Both the position numbers and the translations under genes were made by a program. A DNA stretch of 64,000 nucleotides from the human T2T-CHM13v2.0 reference genome, Homo sapiens: positions 11,296,001 through 11,360,000 of the forward strand of contig CP068257.2 of the NCBI GenBank assembly GCA_009914755.4. The letters run 5' to 3'. Shown piece by piece: positions 11,821 to 26,800 of this stretch. The notes below the pieces were generated by a model. It made no database searches, was not told the DNA's origin, and was given only the letters and a program-made list of their open reading frames with translations. How positions within the stretch are numbered: position 1 is the stretch's first letter; the number at the start of each line of letters is the position of its first letter.

Positions 11821-14800
11821 TGATTCTGTCTAGTTTTTATGTGGAGATATTCCCGTTTCGAACGAAGGCCTCAAAGTGCTACAAATGACAACTTGCAGAT
11901 TCTGCAAAAAGAGTGTTTCAAAACTGTTCTATGAAAAGAAATGTTCAACTCTGAGAGTTGAATGCAAACGTCACAAAGAAGTTTCTGAGAATGCTTCTGT
12001 CTGGTTTTTATGTGAAGATATTACCGTTTCCAACGAAAGCCTCAAAGATGTCCTAATATCCACTTATGAATTCTACAAGAAGTGTTTCAAAAGTGCTCTT
12101 TCAAAGGAAAGGTTTAACACTGTGAGTTGAGTACACACATCACAAAGCAGTTTCTTAGCATGCTTCTGTCTAGTTTTTATGTGAAGATATTTCCTTTTTC
12201 ACCATAGGCCTCAAAGCGCTCCAAATGTCCACTTCCAAATACTGCAAAAAGAGTGTTACAAAACTACTCTATGAAAGGGAATGTTCAACTCTGTGAGTTG
12301 AATGCAAACATCACAAAGAAGTTTCTGAGAACGCTTCTGTCTAGTTTTTATGTGAAGATATTCCCGTTTCGAACGAAGGCCACAAAGCTCTCCAAATGTC
12401 CACCTGCAGATTCCAGAAAACGAGTGTTTCAAATCTCCTCTATCAAAAAAATTGTTAAACTCTGTGAGTTGAGTACACATATCACAAAGAAGTTTCTGTG
12501 AATTCTTGTGTGTAATTTTTATGGGAAGATATTTCCTTTATCACAATACACCTCAAAGAGCTCCAAACGTCCACTTGCAGATTCTACAAAAAGTGTGTTT
12601 CAAAACTGCCCTATGAAAAGGAATGTTCAACTCCATGAGTTGAATGCAAACATCAAAAAGAAGTTTCTGAGAATGCTTCTTTCTAGTTTTTATGTGAGGA
12701 TATTCCCGTTTCCACGGAAATCCTCAAAGCTATCCAAATATCCACTTGCAGATACTACAAAAAGATTGTTTCAAAATTGGTCTATCAAAATAAAGTTCAA
12801 CTCTGTGAATTGAGTACACACATCACAAAGAAGTCTCTGATAATTCTTCTGACTAGTTTTTATGTGAAGATATTTCCTTTTTCACCATAGGCCTCAAATC
12901 GCTCCAAATGTCCACTTCCAGATACTACAAAAAGTGTGTTTCAAAACTGCTCTATGTAAGGGAATTTTCAAATCTGTGAGTTGAATGCAAACATCACAAA
13001 GAAGTTTCTGAGAATGCTTCTGTCTAGTTTTTATGTGAAGGCATTCCCGTTTCCTACGAAATCCTCAAAGCTATCCAAATATCCTCTTGCAGATTCTACA
13101 AAAAGCGTGTTTCAAAACTGCTCTATCAAAAGAAAAGTTCAACTCTGTGAGTTGAGTACACACCTCACAAAGAAGTTTCTGAGAATTTTTATGTCTATTT
13201 TTTATGGGAAGATATTTCCTTTTTTATCATAGACCTCAAAGCCCTCCAAGTTTCCACTTACACATTCTACAAAAAGTGTTTCAAAACTGCTCTATGAAAA
13301 GGAATTTTCAATTCTGTGAGTTGAATGGAAGCATCACAAAGAAGTTTCTTACAATGCTTCTGTGTGGTTTTTATGTGAAGATATACCCGTTTCCAGTGAA
13401 GGCCTCCAATCTCTCCAAATATCCACTTCCAAATTCTACAAAAAGATTGTTTCCAATCTCCTCTATCAAAAGAAAATTTCAACTCTGTGAGTTGAATGCA
13501 CACATCACAAAAAAGTTTCTGAGAATGCTTCTGTCTAGTTTTTTGTGAAGATAATCCCGTTTCCAAAGAAATCCTCAATGCTGTCTTAATATCCACTTGT
13601 AAATTCTACAAGAAGAGTGTTTCAAAACTGCTGTATCAAAAGAAAGGTTTAACTCTGTGAGTTGAGTACACACATCACAAAGTAGTTTCTGAGAATGCTT
13701 CTGTCTACTTTTTATGTGAAGATATTTCCTTTTTCACCATAGGTCTCAAATCTCTCCAAATATCCACTTGCATATTCCTCAAAAAGAGTGTTTCAAAACT
13801 GCTCTATGAAAAGGAACGTTCAACTCTGTGAAATGAATGCAAGCATCACAAATAAGTCTCTGAGAATGCTTCTCTCTAGTTTTTATATGAAGATATTCCC
13901 GTTTCCAACGAAATCCTCAAAGCTATCCAAATATCCACTTGCACACTTGACAAAAAGAGTGTTTCAAAATTGCAGTATCAAAAGAAAAGTTCAAATCTGT
14001 GAATTGAGTACACACATCAGACAGAAGTATCTGAGAATTCTTCTGTCTAGTTTTTATTGGAAGATATTTCCTTTTTCATCATATGCATCAAAGAGCTCCA
14101 TGTTTCCACTTACAGATCCTTCAAAAAGAGTGTTTCAAAACTGCTCTATGAAAAGGAATGTTCAACTCTGTGAGTTAAATAAAAGCATCAAAAAAAAGTT
14201 TCTGAGAATGCTTCTGTCTAGTTTTTATGTGAAGATATTTCCATTTTCTCTATAAGCCTCAAAGCTGTCCAAATGTCCACTTGCAGATACTACAAAAAGA
14301 GTGTTTCAAAAGTGCTCAATGAAAAGGAATGTTCAGCTCTGTGAGTTAAATGCAAACATCACAAATAAGTTTCTGAGAATGCTTCTGTCTAGTTTTTATG
14401 GGAAGATAATTCCGTGTCCAGCGAAGGCTTCAAAGCTTTCAAAATATCCACTTGCAAATTCTACAAAAAGAGTGTTTCAAAGCTGCTTTATCAAAAGAAA
14501 GTTTCAACTCTGTGAGTTGAATGTGCACATCACAAAGAAGTTTCTGAGAATGCCTTCAGTCTGGTTTTTATGTGAAGATATTCCCTTTTCCAACGAAAGC
14601 CTCGAAGCTGTCCAAATATCCACTTGTAAGTGCTGCAAAAAGAGTGTTTCAAAACTGCTACAGCAAAAGAAAGGTTTATCTCTGTGAGTTGAGTAGACAC
14701 ATCAAGAAGAAATTTCTGAGAATGCTTCTGTCTAGTTTTTATGTGAAGATATTTCCTTTGTCACCATAGGCCTCCAAGCCCTCCAAATGTCCACTTGCAG

Positions 14801-17800
14801 ATGCTACAAAAAGAGTGTTTCAAAACTGCTGTATGAAAAGAAATGCTCAAATCTGTGAGATAAATGCATACATCACAAAGAAGTCTTTGAGAATGCTTCT
14901 GTCTAGTTTTTATGTTAAGATATTTCCTATTTCACCATACGTCTCAACGCACACAAAATGTACACTTGCAGATGCTACAAAGAGAGTGTTTCAAAACTTG
15001 TAGATCAAAACAAGTGTTCAACTTTGTGAGTTGAGGACACACATCTGAAAGAAGTTTCTGAGAATGCTTCTGTCTAGTTTTTATGTGAAGATATTCCCGT
15101 TTCCAGCGAAAGCCCCAAAACTATCCAAATATCCACTTGCACATTCTACAAAAAGAGTGTTTCAAATCTGCTCTATCAAAATAAAGGTTCAACTCTGTGA
15201 GTTGACTACACACATCACAAAGAAGTTTCTAAGAATGCTTCTGTCTGGTTTTTATGGGAAGATATTTCCTTTTTCAACATAGGCCTTGCAGCATCTACAA
15301 AAAGAGTTTTTCAAAACTCCTCTAAGAAAAGGAATGTTCAACTCCATGAGTTTAATGCAAAGATCACAAAGAAGTTTCTGAGAATGCTTCTGTCTAGTTT
15401 TAACCTGAAGACAGTTCCGTTTCCAGTGAAGGCTTGAAAGCTGTCCAAATATCCACATGCAAATTCTCAAAACGAGTGTTTAAAAGCTGCTCTATCACTA
15501 GAAAGTTTCACCTCTGTGAGCTGAATGCACACAGAAGTTTCTGAGAATGCTTCTGTCTGGTTTTTATGTGAAGATATTCCCGTTTCCAACCAAAGCCTCA
15601 AAGCTGTCCAAATATCCATTTGCAGATCCTACAGGGAGAGTGTTTCAAAACTGCTCTATAAAAAGAAAGGTTCTACTCTGTGAGTGGAGTACACACATCA
15701 CAAAGAAGTTTCTGAGAATGCTTCTGTCTAGTTTTTATGTGAAAATAGTTCGTTCTCCAAAATAGTCCTCAAAGCGCTCCAAATGTCCACTTGCAGATTC
15801 TACAAAAAGAGTGTTTCAAAACTGCTCTATGAAAAGGAATGTTCAACTCTGTGAGCTGAATGCAACCATCACAAAGAATTTTCTGAGAATGATTCTAATT
15901 ATTATGTGAAGATATTCCCGTTTCGAACGAAGGCCTCAAAGCGCTCCAGATGTCCACTTGCAGATTCTACAAAAAGAGTGTTTCAAAACTGCCCTATGGA
16001 AAGGAGGATTCAACTCTATGAGTTGAATGCACACATCACAAATGGTTTTTGCGAATGCTTCTGTCTGCTTTTTATGTGAAGATATTTCCTTTTTCACCAT
16101 AGGCCTCAAAGAAATCCAAATATCCACTTGCAGATACTACAGAAAGATTGTTTCAAAACTTCTGTTTCGACTCTGTGAGTTGAATGCACACATCATAAAG
16201 AAGTTTCTGAGAATGCTTCTGTCTAGTTTTTTTGTGAAGATATTCCCGTTTCCAAGGAAAGCCTCAAAGCTGTCCTAATATCCACTTTTGAATTTTACAA
16301 GTAGAGTGTTTGAAAACTGCTCTGTCAAAAGAAAGGTTTAACTCTGTGTGTTGAGGGCTCACATCACAAAGAAGTTTCTGAGAATGCTTCCATCTATTTT
16401 TTATGTTAAGATATTTCCTTTTTCACCATAGGCCTCAAAGCACACCAAATGTCCACTTGCATATTGTGCAAAGAGTGTTTCAAAACTGTGCTATCAAAAG
16501 AAGCGTTCAACACTGTGAGTTGAACGCACACATCACAAAGAAGTTTCTGAGCATGCTTCTGTATAGTTTTTATGTGAAGATATTCCCGTATCCGAAGAAG
16601 GCCTCCAGGTGGTCTAAATATTTGCACATTCTACTAAAAGAGTGTTTAAAAGCTGCTGTATGATAAAGTATGTTCGAATTTGTGAGTTGAATGCACACAT
16701 CACAAAGAAGTTTCTGAGAATGCTTCTGTCTAATATTTATGTGAAGATATTACGGTTTCCAACGAAGTCCTCAAAACCGTCCAAATATCCACTTGCAGAT
16801 TTTATAAAAAGAGTGTTTCAAAGCTGCTCTATCAAAAGAAAGCTTCAACACTGTGAGTGGAATGCACACATCACAAAGTAGTTTCTGAAAATGCTGCTGT
16901 CTAGTTTTTATGTGAAGATATTCCCATTTCCAATGAAGGCCACAAAGCCGTCCAAATATCCACTTGCAGATTCCACTAAAAGAGTGTTTCGAAACTGCTC
17001 TATGATAAGGAATGTTCAACTCTGTTAATTGAAGGCAAACATCACAAAGAAGTTTCTCAGAATGCTTCTCTCTAGTTTTTGTGTGAAGATATATCCTTTT
17101 CCATCATAGGCCTCTAAGCTCTCCAAATGTCCACTTGCAGATTCTACAAAAAGAGTGTTTCAAAACTGCTCTCTCAAAAGTAAGGTTCAACTTTTTGAGT
17201 TTAATACACACATCACATAGAAGCTTCTGAGAATGCTTCCGTCTAGTGTTTGTGTTAAGATATTCCCGTTTCCAACGAAGGCTTCAAAGCGGTCAAAATA
17301 TCCTCTTGCAGATACTACAAAAAGCGTGTATCAAAACTGCTCCATGAAAAGGTATGTTCAACCCTGTGAGTTCAATGTAAACATCACAAAGAAGTTTCTG
17401 AGAATGCTTGTGTCTGTTTTTTTGTGTGAAGATGTATCCTTTTCCACCATAGTCCTCAAAGCTCTCCAAATGTGCACTTGCAGATTCTACAAAAAGTGTG
17501 TTTCAAAACTCCTCTACCAAAAGAAAGGTTCAACTCTGTGAGTTTAATGCCCAGATCACAGACAAGTTTCTTAGGATGCTTCTGTCTAATGTTTATGTGA
17601 AGATATTCCCGTTTCCAACTAAGGCCTCAAAGAAGTCCAAATATCCAATTGCAGATTCTACAAAAAGAGCATTTCAAAACCTCTCTATGAAAATTTATGT
17701 TCAACTCTTTGAGCTGAATGCAAAGATCACAAAGAAGTTTCTGAGAATTCTTCTGTCTCATTTTTATATAAAGATATTTCCTTTTCCACCATTGGCCTCA

Positions 17801-20800
17801 AACCTCTCCAAATGTCCACATACAGATTCTACAAAAAGAGTGTTTAAAACCTGCTGTATCAAAAGAAGGGATCAACTCTGTGAGATGAATGAACACATCA
17901 CAAAGAAGTTTCTGAGAATGATTCTGTCTAGTTTTTATGTGAAGATATTCCCGTTTCCAACGAAGGCCTCAAAGGGGTCCAAATATCCACCCACAGACCG
18001 TGAAAAAAGAGTGATTCAAAACTGCTCTATCAAAAGAAAGGTTCAACTCTGTGAGTTGAATTTACACATCACAAAGAAGTTTCTGAGAATGCTGCTATCT
18101 ACTCTTTATGTGAACATATTCCCATTTCCAACGAAGACCTCAAACAATTCGAAATATCCACTTGCAGATTCTACTAAAAGATTGTTTCAAAAGTGCTCTC
18201 ATAAGGAATGTTCAACTCTGTGAGGTGAAAGCAAACATCACCAAGAAGTTTCTGAGAATGCTTCTGTCTAGTTTTTATGGAAAGATATTTTCTTTTCCAC
18301 CGTAGGCCTTAAAGCGCTCCAAATGTCCACTTGCAGATCCTACAAAAAGAGTGTCTCAAAAGTGCTCTCATAAGGAATGTTCAACTCTGTGAGGTGAAAG
18401 CAAACATCACCAAGAAGTTTCTGAGAATGCTTCTGTCTAGTTTTTATGGGAAGATATTTCCTTTTCCACCGTAGGCCTTAAAGCGCTCCAAATGTCCACT
18501 TGCAGATCCTACAAAAAGAGTGTCTCAAACCTACTCTCTCAAAAGAAAGGTTCAACTGTGTGAGTTGAATACACACGGCACAAAGAAGTTTCTGAGAAAG
18601 ATTCTGTCTAGCGATTATGTGAAGATATTCCCGTTTCCAACAAAGGCTTGTAAGTGGTCCAAATATCCACTTGCAGATTCTACTAAAAGAGTGTTTCTAA
18701 ACAGCTCTATGATAAGATATGCTTAACTCTGTGAGTTGAGAACAAACATCACAAAGAAGTTTCTGAGAATGCTTCTGTCTAGTTTTTATGTGAAGATATT
18801 TCCTTTCCCACCATAGGCCTCAAAGTGCTCCAAATGTCAACTTGGAGATTATGCAAAAAGAGTGTTTCCAACCTGCTCTATCAAAAGAAATGTTCAACTC
18901 TGTGAGATGAAAGCACATATCACAGAGAAGTTTCTGAGAATTCTTCTGTCTGGTTTTAATATGAAGATATTTCCTTTTCCACCATAGGATTCAAAGCTCT
19001 CCAAATGTCCACTTGCAGATTCTACAAAAAGAGTGTCTCAAAACTGCTCTATCAAAAGAAAGGGTCAAATCTGTGGGTTGAATGCACACATCACAAAGAA
19101 GTTTCTGGGAATGCATCTTTCTAGTTTTTATGTGAAGATATTCCCGTATCCAATGAAGGCCTCAAAGCAGTCCACATATCCACTTGCAGATTCTGCAAAA
19201 AGTGTTTCAAAACTGCTCTATCAAAAGAAATGTTCAACTCTGTGAGTTGAATGTACACATCACAAGGAAGTTTCTGAGACTGCTGCTGTCTAGTATTTAT
19301 GTGAAGATATTCCCGTTTCCAATGAAGGCCTCTAGGCGTTCCAAATATCCACTTGCAGATTCTCCTGAAGGAGTTTTTCAAAAATGCCCTGTGATAAAGT
19401 ATGACCAATTCTGTGAGTTGAATGCAAACATCAGAAAGAAGTTTCTGAGAATGCTTCTGTATAGTTTTGATGTGAAGATATTTCTTTTTCCACCATAGGC
19501 CTCAAAGCTCTCCAAATGTCCACATGCAGATTCCACGCAAAGAGTGTTGCAAACCTGCTCTATCAAAAGAAAGGTTCAGCTCTGTGAGTTGAATGCAAAC
19601 ATCACAAAGAAGTTTCTGAGAAGGCTTCTGTCTAGCATTTCTGTGAAGATACACCCGTTTCCAATGAAGGCCTCAAAGCGGTCGAAATATCCACTTGCAG
19701 ATTCTCCAAAAAGTGTTTCAAACCTGCTCTATCAAAAGCAAGGTTCAACTCTGTGAGATGAATGCACACATCACAAAGAAATTTCTGAGAATGCTTCTGT
19801 TTAGTTTTTATGCGATGATATTTCCTTTTCTACCAGAGGCCTCAAGCTCTCCAAATGTCCAAAAGCAGATTTTACAAAAAGAGTGTTTCAAAACTGCTCC
19901 ATCAAAAGGAAGGTTCAACTCTGTGAGTTGAATGCAAACATCACAAAGAAGTTTCTGAAAATGCTTCTGTCTAGTGTTTATATGAAGATATACCCGTTTC
20001 TAACGAAGGCCTCAAAGCAGTCCAAATATCCACTAGCAGAATCTACAAAAAGAGTGTTTCAAACCTGCTCTATCAAAAGAAAGGTTCAACTCTGCCAATG
20101 GAATGCACACATCACTAAGGAGTTTTTGAGAATGCTTCTGTCAAGTGTTTATGTGAAGATATTCACGTTGCCACGAAGGCCTCAAAGCGGTCCAAATATC
20201 CACTTGCAAATTCTACTGAAAGAGTGTTTCAACACTGCTCTATGATAAGGTATGTTCAACTCTGTGAGTTGAATGCAAACATCACAAAGAAGTTTCTGAG
20301 AATGCTTCCGTCTAGTTTTTATATGAAGACATTTCCTTTTCCAACATAGGCCTCAAACCGCCCCAAATGTCCACTTGCAGATTCTACAAAAAGAGGGTTT
20401 TAAACCCGCTCTATCAAAAGAAAGGTTCAACTCCGTGAGTTGACTCCACACAGCACAAAGAAGTTTCTGAGAATGCTTCTATCTCGTGATTATGTGACGA
20501 TATTCTCCTTTCCATTGAAGGCCTCAAAGCAGTCCAAATATCTATTTGCAGATTCTACTAAAAGACTGTTTCAAAACTGCTCTAGATAAAGTATGTTCAA
20601 CTCTGTGAGTTGAATGCAAACATCACAAAATAGTTTCCGAGAATGCTTCTGTCTAGTTTTTATGTGAAGATATTTCCTTTTCCACCCTAGGCCTCAAAGC
20701 GCTCCAAATGTACACTTGCTGATTCTGCAAAAAGAGTGTTTCAAACCTGCTCTATGAAAAGGAAGGTTCAACTCTGTGAGTTGAATGCACACATCACTAA

Positions 20801-23800
20801 GAAGTTTCTGAGAATGCTTCTGTCTAGTGTTTATGTGATGATATTCCCGTTTCCAACGATGGCCTCAAATTAGTCCAAATATCCCCTTGCAGATTCCTCT
20901 ATAAGAGTGCTTCAAAACTACTCTATGATAAGGTATGTTCAACTCTGTGAGTTGAATGCACACATCACAAAGTAGCTTCTCAGAATGCTTCTATCTAGTA
21001 TTTACATGAAGCTATTCCCTTTTCCAATGAAGGCCTCAAAGAGGTCCAAATTTCCACTTGCAGATTCTACTAAAAGAGTATTTCAAAACTGCTCTATGAT
21101 AAAGTCTGTTCAACTCCGTGAGTTGAATGCACACATCACAAAGCAGTTTCTCAGAATGCTTCTGTCAAATTTTTATGTTAAGGTATTTTCTTTTCAACTT
21201 TAGGCCTCAAAGCAATCCAAATGTCCACTTGTAGTTTCTGCAAAAGAGTGTTTCAAACCTGCTCTATCAAAATAAAGGTTAAACTCTGTGAGTTTAATGC
21301 ACACATCACAAAGAAGTTTCTGAGAATGCTTTGGTCTAGTTTTTATGTGAAGATACTCTCCTTTCCAACAAAGGCATGAAAGCAGTTCAATTACCCACAT
21401 GCAGATACTACTAAAAGAGTGTTTCAAAACTGCTCTGTGATAAAGTTTGTTCAACTCTGAGAGTTGAATGAAAACGTCACAAAGAAGTTTCTGAGAATGC
21501 TTCTGTGTAGTTTTTGTGAGAAGATATTCCGTTTTCCACCATTGGAATAGAAGCGCTACAAATGTCCACTTGCAGATCCTGCAAAAAGTGTGTTTCATAC
21601 CTGCTCTATGAAAAGGAAGGTTCAACTTGGTGAGTTAAATGCACGCATCACAAAGAAGTTTCTGAGAATGCTTCTGTCTAGTTTTTGTGTGAAGTTATTT
21701 CCTTTCCCACCATATGCCTCAAAACTCTCCAAATGCACACATGCAGATTCTGCAAAAAGAGTGTTTCAAACGTGCACTATCAAAAGTTCATCTCTGTGAG
21801 TTGAATGCACACATCACAAAGAAGTTTCTGAGAATGCTTCTGTCTAGTTTTTATGTGAAGGTATTCCTGTTTCTAATGAAGACCTCAAATCGGTCCAAAT
21901 ATCCACTTGCAGATTCTCCAAAAAGAGTGTTTCAAAACTGCTCTATGATAAGGAAAGTTCAACTGTGTCAGTTGAATGCAAACATCACAAAGAAGTTTCA
22001 TAGAATGCTTCTGTCTAGTTTTTATGAGAAGATATTTCATTTTCCACAATAGGCCTCAAAGCACCCCAAATGTCAAGTTTCAGATTCTACAAAAAGAGTG
22101 TTTCAAACCTGCTCTAGGATAAAGTATGTTCAACTCTGAGAATTGAAGGCAAACAACAAAAAGAAGTTTCTGAGAATGCTGCTGTTTAGTATTAATATGA
22201 AGATATTTCCTTTTCCACCATAGGCATCAAATCGCTCATAATGTCCACTTGCAGATTCTGCAAAAAGAGTGTTAAACCTGCTCTATCAATAGAAAGGGTC
22301 AACTCTCTGAGTTGAATGCACACATCAAAAAGCATTTTCCTAGAATGCTTCTGTCTAGTTTTTATGTGAAGAAACTACTGTTTCCAGGGAAGGCCTCAAA
22401 GCTGTCCAAATATCCACTTGCAAATTCTACAAAAAGAGTGTTTCAAATCTGCTCCATCAAAAGAAAATTTCAACTCTGTGAGTTGAATGCACACAGCACA
22501 AAGAAGTTTTTGAGAAAGCTTCATTGTGTGAAGATACTCCCGTTTCCAACGAAGACCTCAAAGCAGTCCAATTATACACTTGCAGATACTACAAAAAGAG
22601 TGTTTCAAAACTGATCTATGATAAAGTATGTTAAACTCTTGAGAGTTGAATGCAAAAGTCACAAATAAGTTTATGAGAATGCTTCTGTCTAGTTTTTATG
22701 TGAAGATATTTCCTTTTCCTCCATAGGACACAAAGCACTCCTAATGTCCACTTGTAGATTCTGCAAAAGAGTGTTTCAAACCTGCTCTATAAAAAAAAAA
22801 GGTTCAACTCTGCGAGTTGGATACACACAGCACAAAGAACTTTCTGTGAAAGCATCATTATGTAAAGATACTCCCGTTTCCAACGAAGGCCTCAAAGCCC
22901 TCCAATTATCCACTTGCAGATACTACTAAAAGAGTGTTTCAAAACTGCTGTATGATAAAGTATGTTAGACTCTGAGAGGTGAATGCAAACGTCACAAATA
23001 AGTTTATGAGAATGCTTCTGTCTAGTTTTTATGTGAAGATATATCCTTTTCCACCATAAGCCTCAAAGAGCTCCACATGTCCACTTGCGGATCCTGCAAA
23101 AAGAGTGTTTCAACCCTGCTCTATGAAAAGGAAGGTTCAACTCTGTGAGTTGAATGGACACATCAAAAAGTAGTTTCTGAGAATGCTTCTGTCTAGTTTT
23201 TATGTGAAGATATTGCAGTTTCCAATGAAGGCCTCAAAGCGGTCCAAATATCCACTTGCAGATTCTACGAAAATAGTGTTTCAAAACTACTCTATGAAAA
23301 GGGAGGTTCAACTCTGTGAGTTGAATGCAAACATCACAAAGAAGTTTCTGACATTGCTTCTGTCTAGTTTTTATTTATAGACATTTCCTTTTCCACCATA
23401 GGCCTCCAAGCTCTCCAAATGTCTGCTTGCAGATTCTACAAAAAAAGTGCTTCAAACCTGCTCTATCAAAAGAAAGGTTCAATTTTGTGACTGGAATGCA
23501 CACATCACAAAGAGGTTTCTGAGAATAATTTTGTCTAGTGTTTATGTGAAGATATCCCCTTTTCCAACGAAGGCCTCAAAGCGGTTCAAATATCCACTTG
23601 CAGATTCTACAAAGAGAGTGTTTCAAACCTGCTCTATCAAAAGGAAGGTTCAACTCTGTGAGTTGAATGCACACAGTTCAAAAAAGTTTTTGAGAAAGCT
23701 TCTGTCTAGTGATTATGTGAAGATATTCCCCTTTCCAACAAAGGTCTCAAAGTGGTCCAAATATTCACTTGCAGATTCTACAAAAAGAGTGTTTCAAAAC

Positions 23801-26800
23801 TGCTCTATGAAAAGGTGTGTTCAACTCTATGAGTTGAATGCAAACATCACAATGTAGTTCCTTAGAATTCTTCTGTCTGGTTTTTATTTACATATATTTC
23901 CTTATCCACCATAGGCCTCATAGCTCTAAAAATGTCTGGTGCCGATTCTACAGAAAGAGTGTTTCAAACATGCTCTATCAAAAGAAAGATTCAACTCTGT
24001 GAGTTGAATGCACATATCACAAAGAATTTTCGGAGAATGCTTCCGTCTAGTGTTTATGTGAAGACATTCCCGTTTCCAAAGAAGGCCTCCAAGCGGTCCA
24101 AATATACATTTCCAGATTCTACAAAAAGAGTGTTTCAAAACTGCTCTATCAAAAGAAAGGTACAACTTTGTGAGTAGAATGCACACATCACAAAGAAGTT
24201 TCTGAGCATGCTTCTCTCTAGTTTTTATGTGAAGATATTTACTTTTCCACCTCAATGCTCTCAAATGTCCACTTGCAGATTCTACAAAAAGAGTGTTTCA
24301 AACATGCTCTATCAAAAGAAAGTTTCAACTCTTGGGGTTGAATGCACACATCACAAAGAAGTTTCTGAGAATGATTCTGCCTGTTTTTGTGTGAACATAT
24401 TCCCGTTTCCAACAAAGGTCTCAAAGCGTTTCAAATATCCACTTGCATATTCTACGAAAAGAGTGTTTCAAAACTGCTCTATGGAAAGGTATCTTCAACT
24501 CTGTGAGTTGAATGCAAACATCATAAAGAATTTTCTGAGAATTCTTCTCTCTTATTTTTATATGAAGATATAACCTTTTCCACCATAGGCCTCAAAGCTC
24601 TCCAAATGTCAACTTGCAGATTCTACAAAAAGAGTGTTTCAAAGCTGCTCTATCAAAAGAAAGGTTCGACTCTTTGAGTTTAATGCACGCATGACAAAGA
24701 AGTTTTTGAGAATGCTTCTGTCTAGTGTTTATGTGAAGACATTCCCGTTTCCAATGAAGGCTTCATAGCAGTCCAAATATCCACTTGCAGATTCTATAAA
24801 AAGAGTGTCTCAAAATTGCTCCAAGGGAAGGTACCTTCAATTCTGTGAGTTGAATGCAAACATCACAAAGACGTTTCTGAGAACGCTTCTGTCTAGTTTT
24901 TGTGTGAAGATATTTCCTTTTCCACCATAGGACTCAAAGCTCTACAAATGTCCACTTGCAGATACTAAGAAAAAAATGTTTCAAACCTGCTCTATGAAAA
25001 GAGAGGTTCATCTCTGTGAGTTGAATGCACACATCACAAAGAAGTTTCTGAGAACGTTTCTCTCTAGTTTTTATGTGAAGATACTTCCTTTTCCACCATA
25101 GGCCTCAAAGCTCTCCAAATGTCCACTTCAGATTCTACAAAATGAATGTTTCAAACATGCTCTATCAAAAGAAAGGTTCAACTCTGTGAGTTGAATGCAC
25201 ACATCACAAACAAGTTTATGAGAATGCTTCCGTCTAGTTTTTATGTGAAGATATATCCTTTTCCACCATAGGACTCAAAGAGCTCCAAATGTCCACTTGC
25301 AGATCCTGCAAAAAGAGTGTTTCAACCCTGCTCTATGAAAAGAAGGGTTCAATTCTGTGAGTTCAATGCATACATCAAAAGTAGTTTCTCAGAATGCTTC
25401 TGTCTAGTTTTTAATGTGAAGATATTCCCGTTTCCAATGAAGGCCTCAAAGCAGTCCAAACATCCACTTGCAGATTATAAGAAAAGAGTGTTTCAAAATT
25501 GCTCTATGAAAAAGGAGGTTTAACTCTGTGAGTTGAATGCAAACATCACAAAGAAGTTTCTGAAAATGCTTCTGTCTAGTTTTTATTTATAGATATTTCC
25601 TTTTCCACCATAGGCCTGAAAGCTCTCGAAATGTGCACTTGCAGATTCTACCAACAGAGTGTTTCAAAGCTGCTCTATCAAAAGAAAAGTTCAACTCTGT
25701 GAGTTAAGTGCACACATTACAAAGGGGTTTCTGAGAATGCTTCTTTCCACGTTTTATGTGAAGATAGTTCCTTTTCCACTATAGACCTCAAAACACTCCA
25801 AATGTCCACTTGCAGATTCTACAAAAAGATTGTTTCAAAGCTGCTCTATCAAAAGAAAGTTTCAAATCCGTATGTTCAATCCACACAGCACAAAGATGTT
25901 TCTGAGAAAGCTTCTGTCTAGTGATTATGTGAAGATACTCCAGTTTCCAAGGAAGGCCTCAAAGCTGTCCAAATATCCACCTGCAGATTCTACTAAAAGA
26001 GTGTTTCAAAACTGTTCTAAGATAAAGTCTGTTCAACTCCATGAGTTGACTACACACATCACAAAGTAGTCTTAGAGAATGCTTCTGTATACTTTTTATG
26101 TGAAGATATTTCCTTTTCCACCGTAGGCATCAAAGGGCTCGAATTGTCCACTTGTAGGTTCTGCAAAAGAGTGTTTCAAACCTGCTCTATAAAAACAAAG
26201 GTTCAACTCTGTGAGTTTAATTCGCACATAACAAAGAAGTTTCTCAGAATGCTTCTGTCTAGTTTTTATGTGAAGCTATTTCCTTTTCCACCATAGGCCT
26301 CAAAGCAGTTCAAATGTCAACTTGTAGATACAAAAAGAGTGTTTCAAAACTTCTCTATGAAAAGGAAAGTTTAACTCTGTAAGTTTAATGAAAACACCAC
26401 AAAGAAGTTTCTGAGAATGCTTCTGTCTAGTTTTTATGTGAAGATATTTCCTTTTCCACCATAGGCCTCAAATCGCTCCAAATGTCCACTTGCAGATTCT
26501 ACAAAGAGAGTGTTTCAAACCGGCTCTATCAAAGGAAAGGTTCAACTCTGTAATTTGAATGCACACATCACAAAGGAGTTTCTGAGAATGCTTCTCTCTA
26601 GTGTTTATGTGTAGATATTCCTGTTTCCAATGAAGGCCACAAAGCGGTCTAAATATCCACTTGCAGATTCTACAAAAAGTGTGTTTCCAAACTGCTCCAT
26701 AAAAATGTATGTTCAACTCTGTGAGTTAAATGCAAACATCCTGAAGAAGTTTCTGAGAATGCTTCTGTCTAGTTTTTGTGTGAAGATATTTCCTTTTCCA